The position numbers and the translations under genes are program-made. From positions 13,647,473-13,674,383 of the forward strand of contig NC_057750.1 of assembly GCF_004010195.1 (NCBI RefSeq): a stretch of DNA of 26,911 nt, given 5' to 3'. Position 1 is the first letter of the stretch; every line of letters starts with the position of its first letter. Positions 9,087 to 17,168 of the stretch are shown piece after piece. This stretch comes from Chiloscyllium plagiosum. Its lineage: Eukaryota. The notes below the pieces were generated by a model. It ran no database searches, was not told the DNA's origin, and worked only from the letters and a program-made list of their open reading frames with translations.

Positions 9087-9558
9087 CAAACTGGCCATTA
9101 ACAGGTCGAGGCAGCGGGCCGTGGAGGGGGTTGTTAGGGCCGACTGCCTGCCTCTCTTCCGCGGTTACGTTAGGGCCCGGGTGTCCCTGGAGAAGGAGCA
9201 CGCGGTGCCCACCAACACCCTGGAGTTGTTCAGGGAGAGGTGGGCGCCGCAGGGAGTGGAGTGCATCATTTCTCCCTCCAACTCTATTTTGATTTAGTCC
9301 CTACCCTCCCCTTCACTGTTTTGATCACACAGCACTGCCCTTTGATGTGAAGGGCAGTGTTTGTCATTGGCCACCCGGATGTTTTCCTATCTTCCTGGTG
9401 GTGAGAATTGAATAAAGATTCGTGCACCTTGCGTCTGTCACTGTGTCTCACACCTGCACACACACACCATGGGTGCTGGGGGGAAAAAATAAGCACTACC
9501 GCAGTTAGGCGGGACTCTGGGGGTAAATAGGAAAGAAAGAAAAAAAAGAAAAAAATGA
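9087..9558 (+). mobile_element. 5'-truncated Tx1-clade (L1 group) LINE: ORF2 C-terminus, 3' UTR and A-rich tail, with a 12-bp TSD
   Basis: 9088-9297 translates without stops to KLAINRSRQRAVEGVVRADCLPLFRGYVRARVSLEKEHAVPTNTLELFRERWAPQGVECIISPSNSILI*, resembling the Tx1 ORF2 end. TSD ATAAACAGGAGG at 9075-9086 and 9559-9570. Confidence 0.8.
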
Positions 9559-9855
9559 ATAAACAGGAGGGTCCCATGATTCCTGAACTGTCAGCCAGCC
9601 AATCAATCCCCTGCACAAAAGAAGTTCAGGCCTCTAACTGCAGCATGGGATTTTTGGATTCCCCCTTAAAACAAACAACACTGATAAACTGCAAACTTCC
9701 ATCACTTTGCACTTCTGTTGTTGCTAGCTCATCAATCTTTCCAATCAATGTTTTCCCTTGTAAAAGAAAAATAAGGAGTGTCAGGGGTTTCTGTTCACTC
9801 TGGGAGCGAGCTCTGAGGGAGTTGGATCAGTATCAAGGACTCTCCCCATGTAGCT

Positions 9856-10066
9856 AAAGTTAAAATTCACACAACACCAGGTTATAGTCCAACTGGTTTA
9901 ATTGGAAGCACACTAGCTTTCGGAGCGACGCTCCTTCATCACCTGATGAAGGAGCGTCGCTCCGAAAGCTAGTGTGCTTCCAATTAAACCTGTTGGACTA
10001 TAACCTGGTGTTGTGCGAATTTTAACTTTGTACACCCCAGTCCAACACCGGCATCTCCAAATCATG
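9856..10066. mobile_element. Palindromic PLE-end-like element (family B)
   Basis: 86-bp arms at 9856-9941 and 9944-10029 with 2 mismatches and a 2-nt loop, plus an unpaired tail at 10030-10066. Homologous to 12597-12834 and 15948-16118. Confidence 0.85.
9940..9974 (+). ncRNA. Minimal type-I hammerhead ribozyme (family B)
   Basis: CAC-CUGAUGA-A-GGAGC-GUC-GCUCC-GAAA-GC-UA-GUG: stem I CAC/GUG, 5-bp stem II, palindromic AGCU stem III, CUA cleavage triplet. Confidence 0.7.
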
Positions 10067-10171
10067 TCGATGAAGGGTGAACTTGGTGATGGGAGACCAG
10101 CCTCTGTGGAGATATCTCACTCTGGATTACTGGTCCAGGGATATTAACCGTACGTCACTCACCTACCAATC

Positions 10172-10360
10172 TGACTTGGAAATATATCACCGTTCCTTCA
10201 GTCTCTCTGCTTCCAAATCCTGGAAGTCCCTCCTCAACAGCAGTGTGCGCCCGTCCCTTCACCAAATAGTTCAGCTGACCACCACCTTCCCAAGGGTAAT
10301 TAAGGGCGGGTAATAGCATACTAACCCAGCCAACGATGCCCCCGTCTCGTGAATGAATAG
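10172..10360 (+). mobile_element. 3' end of the L2B/Crack-like LINE
   Basis: TGACTTGGAAATATATCACCGTTCCTTCAGT...ACCACCACCTTCCCAAGGGTAATTAAGGG...GTGAATGAATA. Confidence 0.75.
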
Positions 10361-10998
10361 AAACGTAAAGCACCTTCCTAGGAAACAAATAAATTCCACC
10401 AATATTTCTCTCCCTATTCCCAACCTGCCATGTGTTCCAAGGTCTTCCTCTGACACCAAACTACTGGGTGGTTTTATAGAAGTGTCCCTTCTATATAACC
10501 CGAGCTCTGACTCCCCATCACCACCACCACATTAAACATTCACTCAACGTTCAACACTGGATGGACAACTCGAAATGTTGGCAGGGGTGGTGAAGAAAGT
10601 GCACTTAAGCCCTGTTGACAATTCCGTCTCCTTTACCCAAGACCCCTTGCAAGCTCAGCATCCTATCTGAGCCAGTGCGACATTTAATAAATCTCAAGGT
10701 GGGCCTGCTCACCTGGCTAACAGAAATGACGTCAATGCAGCACGCCCCGCAAGACGTTATGGCCGTTCATTTCGCAAACCGAGCCGCTATCGTAATGCAA
10801 TGGACGGCCGATTTACACACAGCCAGCTCCCCCATGCAGCAGGAGGGTGGTTAATACGTTAACCGATGGGGTTTGGGGGTAACTACAGGCCAGAACATGA
10901 AGCATAACTACCCATTCTTGTTGGGGGAGATGGTCTCGGAGGTTGGGTTACGAGGGCATTTTGCGACTTCGGGAGAACGAACGGGGTGATCTTATTGT

Positions 10999-11146
10999 TG
11001 AAGGATGTCACAGAATTCCTGATGGAAGACTTATGCCCGAAACGTCGACTCTCCTGCTCCTTGGAATCTGCCTGACCTGCTGCGCCTTTCCAGCAACACA
11101 CTCTTCGACTTTGATCTCCAGCATCTGCAGGCCTCACTGTCTCCTC
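10999..11146 (+). mobile_element. PLE-end element (family A) with a 14-bp TSD and a degenerate hammerhead
   Basis: GGTGATCT(T/C)ATTGT at 10985-10998 and 11147-11160. CTGATGGAAGACTTATGCCCGAAACGTC has a mutated core and stem II. Confidence 0.8.
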
Positions 11147-11617
11147 GGTGATCTCATTGTAGCAGGGAAGGTGCTGAGTGGATTTGGCAGCATGGATACC
11201 TAACACAGGTCCACCTTGAGATGGCAAGAGATGACCCCCTCATTCTAAAGGGGTCTCTTCTAACAGTGCAGCATGCCCTGACTCTTGCATTGGACTGTTA
11301 ATCCAGGTGTTCAAGGAGAGCTGCTATTGACAGCAGTAAAGCGACATTGATTTTACCAAAGTACAAGGTAGGATCTGGAGTAGGCCGTTCAGCCTCTCCA
11401 ATATTTGATAGCCAACCCGACTGTGCCCCCTACTTTAGTGTTTACTCCCAATACGTTTAAGCAACTGTCCAGCCCAATGCATGCTCCATTTAACGTGGGT
11501 CTCAAAGAGAACCGCGCTCACTCAACTCTCTCAACCGCGCCTCCTCCCACCCTGTACCACACCCCAGACTCGGGGAAAGGAGTCGGTCTTTTTCAGAGTT
11601 TCAGGGAACGTTTCCTG

Positions 11618-11765
11618 TCCAGATTCGGAGGAAGGGTCACTGGGCCCGAAAAGCCGACGCTGCTTTCTCTCCACAGGCGCTGCCAGACCTGCTGAGTTTT
11701 TTTCCCAGCAACGTCTGATTTTGTTTCTGATTTCCAGCACCCGCAGTTCTTTCTGGTTTTAATTT
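11618..11765 (+). mobile_element. Degenerate PLE-end element (family C)
   Basis: TCGGAGGAAGGGTCACTGGGCCCGAAAAGCC...GCTGCCAGACCTGCTGAG...TCCAGCACCCGCAG has the same architecture as family A, with a decayed hammerhead at its 5' edge. Related minus-strand relics at about 20165-20222 and 21490-21540. Confidence 0.6.
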
Positions 11766-12061
11766 AAGAAACGTCTTGGGTTTGCTCGTTCTACCAATGT
11801 AAGGGCAGTATACAGCATCAAAATGTGCTAGTGAGTAAGTATTCATATAAAGATTTTTATGAATAAAGTTTCTTTAAATAAACACAGATTATAGAATTGT
11901 CCTTTACTTCAGACTCTATCATCTGATGCTATTAAAGGAACAGCTTTGAATTAAGGTGGGTATTTGTAGGTAAAATACTTCCCACTCAAACAAGTGTCTG
12001 AACGCCTTGTCGCTCCAGTGTGTGGGAGGAAGTTAGAGAGAGAGAGAGAGAGAGAGGTGAG

Positions 12062-12204
12062 CCCCCACCCTGTGTAAAGCAGCAAAATGATATCAGTGTC
12101 ACAACAGCTGAGGGCTATTTTTAAATCCTGCTATTTTAACCGGCTCTTTGTGAGCTCAAAGTGACAAAGGCAAGTGATAAGTGGCAGAAGATCTGCAGGT
12201 GTGA
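12062..12204. promoter_or_regulatory. Candidate cardiac/muscle enhancer motif cluster
   Basis: CACC box 12062-12070, E-box CAGCTG 12105-12110, MEF2 CTATTTTTAA 12115-12124, NK2-like CAAGTG/TAAGTG 12171-12183, GATA TGATAAG 12175-12181 and T-box AGGTGTGA 12197-12204, all in non-repetitive DNA. Confidence 0.4.
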
Positions 12205-12434
12205 GGTAACGCAGGGCAACCCAGGCATGGAGAGGGGGTCTATGCCATCAGTGAGCAGAAAAATCACAGGCCGGGGAATAAAGAGGCCTATTATGATTCT
12301 GACGAGACGTAAAGCTTAGAGCGCCAAGCAAAGGAAAAGCCAGATTTCTCTGTTTACTGGGCGGTACAATGGCTCTTAAAATTACACCATCCCCCTCCCC
12401 CAATCTTGTCACTGAAAAGTGCTCACGCAGTAAG

Positions 12435-12590
12435 ATTGATTGATTTATTGTCATGCGTACCGAAGAACAGTGAAAAGCTTTGTTTGCGAGCAGTGCAGCC
12501 AAATGTACAGACCAAAGACACCCAGACACCACAGGTTATATTGCGCGGGCCGTACACTGGGCAAGATCAACGTTAGCAAGGTCAGCATTA
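12435..12590 (-). mobile_element. Rex1/Babar-type LINE 3' UTR
   Basis: ATTGATTGATTTATTGTCATGCGTACCGAAGAACAGTGAAAAGCTTTGTTTGCG is the reverse-complement counterpart of the tail at about 1725-1794. Confidence 0.55.
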
Positions 12591-12596
12591 ATACAG

Positions 12597-12834
12597 TTAA
12601 AAATCACACAACACCAGGTTATAGTCCAACAGGTTTATTCGGAAGCACTAGCTTTCATAGCGCTGCTCCTTCATCAGGGAACTACAGTTACCTTCACTAG
12701 GTAAGGAGTTACCTGATGAAGGGGCGTCGCTCCGAAAGCTCGTGCTTCCGAATAAACCTGTTGGACTATATCCTGGTGTTGTGTGATTTTTAACTTTGTC
12801 CACCCCAGTCCAACACCGGCACCTCCATATCATG
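12597..12834. mobile_element. Palindromic PLE-end-like element (family B) with a 12-bp TSD
   Basis: GCATTAA(T/C)ACAG at 12585-12596 and 12835-12846. Arms about 12595-12683 and 12707-12795, with a spacer of about 23 nt. Confidence 0.85.
12705..12748 (+). ncRNA. Minimal hammerhead ribozyme (family B) with a possibly extended stem I
   Basis: GGAGUUAC-CUGAUGA-A-GGGGC-GUC-GCUCC-GAAA-GC-UC-GUGCUUC; CUC cleavage triplet. Confidence 0.65.
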
Positions 12835-12929
12835 GCATTAACACAGGTATTGCCTCGATAAATGCACCTGCCTTTTGTCCCAGCCGTGTGAGACTGGGCT
12901 GAAGGAGGTTCAAGTTGCAGCCTGCCTAG

Positions 12930-13130
12930 TTACAATCGCTTCCCTCCCCCACCCTCCAGTCCGAGCTCCCACCCCTCAGCCTTTTTCTCCAAGATCCCGG
13001 CGTTTTCCTGACTCCAGCCTCTTGTCCGTCAGCCTGTAGTTGTCCTAGACTTGTGAAACCCCTCCCTAAAACTCTCTGACTCTCCACCTCTCTCCGCTCC
13101 TTAAAGGTGCATCTGAACCCATATGCCTTG
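12930..13130 (+). mobile_element. Decayed L2 LINE 3' region
   Basis: CCCTCCCTAAAACTCTCTGACTCTCCACCTCTCTCCGCTCCTTAAAGGTGCATCTGAACCC resembles the L2 ORF2 end (WNSLP...SFK..LKT). Confidence 0.45.
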
Positions 13131-13374
13131 TTGAATTGTGATCATAGGGTGCGGGCATGGCTGGCTAGACCAGCGCAATGCCATTTCTACAGTTAGTCTC
13201 TCTTCTTTGCCCCTTCCCTCATGGTCCCACGGCCCAAGGGACAATGGCCAGCCACAGTGCTTTGTGGTTTTATAGTTTTTACCCTTCAGCGGGTCTTCCA
13301 TACAATTGACTGAGTGAACGGTGATGGTGCTGATAGGAGCCATCCCGTTCCATGGCGTTTATACTGGCATCTCA

Positions 13375-13752
13375 GAATCAGCCACGTTGGCTATATATGC
13401 CTGAAGTCACGTGTAGGCCAGACCAGGCCCTGAAGAAGGGTTACACCGAAACATCGCCTTCTCTACCTCCTGATGCTGCCTGATTTCGCTGTGTTCTTCC
13501 AGCCTCCTGCCTGTCTGCTTTGGCTTCCAGCATCTGCAGTTTTCTTTGGTCTCAGACCAGGTAAGGACGGCAGATCTCCCTCGCTAAAGGGGCATGGGTG
13601 AACCAGATTCTTTCTAACGATAGTCAACAATGGTGAAAGATTGGCACCAGACCAGATCAATTCATGATGATCACCATCACTGAGATTAACATTCAACTCC
13701 AGGTTTTCAAATTTATTTGATTTAAATCCCACCAGCTGCCAGGGGTGGAGTT
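13375..13752 (-). mobile_element. SINE family 2 interrupted by a PLE-end element
   Basis: GTCACGTGTAGGCCAGACCAGG on the left continues as TAAGGACGGCAGATCTCCCTCGCTAAAGG across the insertion. Confidence 0.7.
13428..13552 (+). mobile_element. PLE-end element (A-related variant) with a 9-bp TSD, starting 2 nt before a hammerhead core
   Basis: TSD CAGACCAGG at 13419-13427 and 13553-13561. CTGAAGA-A-GGGTTACACC-GAAA-CA-TC at 13430-13455. Confidence 0.8.
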
Positions 13753-13757
13753 TTATA

Positions 13758-14080
13758 TTTATTCATTCATGGGATGAGGGATTCTTTGGCGCTGTCAGGA
13801 TTTATTGCCCATCCCAGGGGGCAGTTAGGCGTCAACCACATTGCTATGGGTCTGGAGCCACGTGTAGGCCAGACCAGGTAAGAATGGCAGTTTCCTTCCC
13901 TAAAGGACATTAGTGAACCACTTGGGATTTTCCTGACAATGGTCATCATGAGACTCTTAATTCCAGTTTTCTTTTTAGGAAATTGAATTCAAATTCTGCA
14001 GGATCCGAATCCAGGTCTCCAGAACTTTACCCGGGTCTCGGGATTAACAGTCCAATACTATTAGGCCATCACTGCCCCAG
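13758..14080 (-). mobile_element. SINE family 2, near full length
   Basis: TTATTCATTCATGGGATG tail, core GTCAACCACATTGCTATGGGTCTGGAG...TTCCTTCCCTAAAGGACATTAGTGAACC, and B box GGATCCGAATCC. Confidence 0.8.
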
Positions 14081-14299
14081 AGCATTGAAATCTAGCACCA
14101 TCACCGCTGGGTGAAAGACGCTCAGTTATTTACCAGTCCACCCTGTCCCTGCAAGTTGCTACCTCTCCTCCATCTCTGAGGAAGGCAGCATGGATTTGGC
14201 AGGAACGTTATCCAGGTGACAATCATTTGCTTCAGCTCCGTAGCCGACTGAGGAAGAAAACCCCCAGGGTCACTGACTCCAGGAGGTCCGGAGGGGGTT

Positions 14300-14715
14300 T
14301 CCAAGAATGATTCTGGGAATGTCATACGAGGAACGGTTGAGATTTCCGGGTCTGTACTCGATGGAGTTTAGAAGGATGGTGGTTGAATCTGACAGAATAT
14401 TGAGAGACCTGGATAGAGTGGACATGGAGAAGATGTTTCTGCTGGTGGGAGAGACGAGGGCCCGGCCTCAGAGAGAAGGGATGACCCTTTGGAGCTGGGT
14501 TGAGGAGAATTCCTTCAGCCATGGAGTGGTGACTCTGTGGAACTCATTGCCTCAGAAGGCTGTGCAGGCCGAGTCACTGAATGCATTTAAGACAGAGATA
14601 GACAGGTTCCTGGTGAGTAAGGTGGAATCAAGGATTACGGGGAGAAGGCAGGATCGAATGAAGCAGCAGACTCGATGGGCTGAATGGTCCAATTCTGCTC
14701 TTAGAGCTTATGGCC
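14300..14715 (+). mobile_element. CR1 LINE 3' end
   Basis: ORF track: GMSYEERLR..GLYSMEFRRM...VVTLWNSLPQKAV.A.SLNAFKTEIDRFL, followed by the tail. Confidence 0.85.
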
Positions 14716-14804
14716 TCTCTGAGGACTATCAGAGACCAGGTAGGTACCTGCTCAGTCCCAGGTAAGAGAAGACACTGTGCTGTCGCCGATTCAACATCGC
14801 CCTC

Positions 14805-15190
14805 TGGGGAAATCTAGAACGAGAGGCTTAGGATGAGGGCTGGAGGAATGGCAGCAGCTGAATGGAGCATCGCAAGATCCCAAGGGGCAGCAGCGCTGGA
14901 ATAACCAGGATGACCTCTTGCTGACTGAGGGACAGTTTCTTTCTCCGGTTTAAAACATAGATGAGGAGGAACAGCCTTCTCTCCAATCTGTGGAATTCAC
15001 TCCCCCAGGGTGCGGTGGGACATGGAGTAGATTGAAGGAGGAGATGGAATGATTTGTAATTAGTAAAGGGGTTAAAAAAAGATGATGGAGAGTGGGGCAG
15101 GGAGCTGGGATGGGGCAGAGGTGAGATCAGTTACCTCTGTGTTAGATGACGGGGAGAGACTTTCGGAGCCCAACTGTCCCATCGTGCTTC
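14805..15190 (+). mobile_element. Old CR1 3' fragment containing a 107-bp foreign insert
   Basis: TCTAGAACGAGAGG, then the insert, then TTTAAAACATAGATGAGGAGGAA...AATCTGTGGAATTCACTCCCCCAG. Confidence 0.6.
14839..14945 (+). repeat. Local dispersed duplication, copy 1 (copy 2 at 16340-16445)
   Basis: Both read GCTGGAGG..GGCAGCAGC.GAATGGAGCA..GCAAGATCCCA...TGGAATAACCAGGATG.CCTCTTGCTGACTGAGGGA.AGTTTCTTTCTC. Confidence 0.85.
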
Positions 15191-15374
15191 TTGAAGGCAC
15201 GGGCAGAGTTGGGAGCAGAGGGCAGGTTTATCAGGGCGTGGTTAGGGGGTGGGGGGAGGGGGGAGGAGGGGGTTACTGAGCAAATTGTCACCAAGGCTTG
15301 TAGAATAGTAGGCAACACCTGAGGCCTGTGAGTGTCTGCTTGTTACCATGGAGACCCAGGCTGGGCAGTGCCCG

Positions 15375-15850
15375 AGAGTCATAGAGTCACAGACATGGAC
15401 ACAGGCCCTTCAGCCCAACATGTCTATGTTGACCAGGTTTCCCAAACTGAAATCGTCTCATATATCTGCATTTGGCCCACACCCCTCTTCCGATCCATAC
15501 ACCCATCCAGATGCCTTTTAAATGCTTCCTCTGGCAGCTCATTCCATACCTGTATGTGTGAAAAAGTTGCCCCTTCAGGGTCCCTTTTAAGTCTCTCCCC
15601 TCTCACCTTAAACCTACCTCCTCTAGTTTGGACTCCCCTACCCTGGGGGAAAAGAGCTTGGCCTTTCACCCAATCTATGCCTCTGGTAGTTTTACAAAAC
15701 TCTCTAACGTCTGCCTCCTGCGCTCCAGGGGGAAAACAAAAATGTCCCAGCCCCGCTCAACCTCCAGTCTTGGTAACATCCTTGGTAAATCTTTACTGCA
15801 CCATTTCCACTTTAATAACGTCCTCCCCATAGCTGGGCGACCAGGATTGT
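15375..15850 (-). mobile_element. CR1 LINE 3' end
   Basis: Minus-strand ORF: TRGGRFKVRGERLKRD...VWNELPEEAFKRHLD; GAGTCATAGAGTCA tail. Confidence 0.85.
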
Positions 15851-15947
15851 ACGTGGAAGTGCACACAGCCGTGCACTGTGTAACCTCCAGCTATTGGTGC
15901 TCAGTGTCAATGGCAAAGTGAACGAGGCAGCCATGATGTGTGAGACC

Positions 15948-16118
15948 GGGGTGGACAAAGTTAAAAATCACACAACACCAGGTTATAGTCCAACAGGTTT
16001 ACTCAGAAGCACTAGCTTTCGGAGCGCTGCTCCTTCATCTGAAGAAGGAACAGTGCTCTGAAAGCTTATCCCTCCAAATAAACCTGTTGGACTCTAACCT
16101 GGTGTTGTGCGATTTTTA
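15948..16118. mobile_element. Older palindromic PLE-end-like element (family B)
   Basis: Left arm ...GCTTTCGGAGCGCTGCTCCTTCAT, right arm CTGAAGAAGGAACAGTGCTCTGAAAGC...CCTGGTGTTGTGCGATTTTTA; arms are more diverged than at 9856. Confidence 0.8.
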
Positions 16119-16442
16119 GCAAGGTGATAGAACGCGTGGGCACCTTGGCCAGATACCAGGCAGATCATTGGTGCAGTGCCCATTTGCCGGCCTCAGTTTC
16201 CCTAGACCAGACGAGGAGACCATGTGTTACAATTCCCGCGGTGGGCTCTCAGTGAGGCCAATCGGAAAGTGGAAAAAGACTGGCCTGCCTATTTTACTGT
16301 GCACCCATCCCAGGCCCATCTCCGTCAATACACTCGCGTGCTGGAGGGACGGCAGCAGCCGAATGGAGCACAGCAAGATCCCACGGTCAGCGGCGTTGGA
16401 ATAACCAGGATGGCCTCTTGCTGACTGAGGGATAGTTTCTTT

Positions 16443-17168
16443 CTCGTGGGACGTGGGACGTGGGCGAGTCTCTACTTGGCTGCCCATCCCTAATTGCCCC
16501 TGAAGTGATCAGTTCGCTCGGCCATTTTAGAGGGCGGTTAAGAGTCAACCACATCACTGTGGGCCTGGAGTCACATGTAGGCCAGACCAGGTAAGGACAG
16601 CCGATTTCCCTCCCGAGAGGGCATTAGTCAACTTCATGCGCTTTCAACACAGTCACCAATACTGGACAGCACAGTGGCTCAGTGGTTAGCACTGCTACCT
16701 AACAGCGCTAGGGAGTTGGGTTCGATTCCAGCCTCGGGTGACTGTCCGTGTGGAGTTTGCACATTCTCCCCGTGTCTGCTTGGGTTTCCTCCGGGTGCTC
16801 CGGTTTCCTCCCACAGTCCAAAGATGTGCAGTTTAGGGTGGATGGGCCACGCTGATGTGTCCAGTTAGGTGCATTAGTCAGGGGCAAATGTAGGGTAGGG
16901 GAAAGGGTCTGGGTGGAGTACTCTTCAGAGAGATGGCATTGGGCCAAATGGCCTGTTTTCACATTGTTGGGATTCTATAATACTGAGACTAACTTCAAGC
17001 GCCTGAATAGATTATTTCTGCTCCGACATTACATGTGCAAAGTCTGGCTTATTAATCAAATTGAAGTTCTACCAGTTGCCGTGATGGGATTCGAAACCAT
17101 GCTTCCAGGACATTAAGGAACTTGGACCTCCAGATTTCACACCCAGTGACTATGCCACTGTGCGCCCA
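16443..17168 (-). mobile_element. SINE family 2 split by HE1 (16443-16664 and 16979-17168)
   Basis: GCCCATCCCTAATTGCCCC tail, core, and B box GGGATTCGAAACC after the insertion. Confidence 0.75.
16665..16978 (+). mobile_element. HE1 SINE with a 7-bp TSD
   Basis: AATACTG at 16658-16664 and 16979-16985; A/B boxes and V-domain. Confidence 0.9.

Larger units (their letters stand above)
8951..10119 (+). mobile_element. Solo-LTR-like repeat (TG...CA) fragmented into 8951-9086, about 9772-9855 and about 10067-10119
   Basis: Begins TGTGGTGATTGTAA and ends GATATCTCA, with CCAAT boxes and TATAAA, colinear with the copy at 25070-25374. Possible 5-bp TSD CGCTG/CTCTG (8946-8950, 10120-10124). Confidence 0.65.

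Noticed and set aside
9856..10029. MITE/DNA transposon or pre-miRNA
   Set aside because: Related copies have variable 9-16-bp TSDs, an asymmetric tail and a variable spacer, which fits retrotransposition. The hairpin is a multi-copy, near-perfect repeat, unlike a miRNA precursor.
11013..11050. Functional hammerhead in this copy (also 4700-4727, 11620-11650, 16039-16067)
   Set aside because: Core or stem II mutations (CUGAUGG, GGAA, mismatched stem) make activity unlikely; kept only as family evidence.
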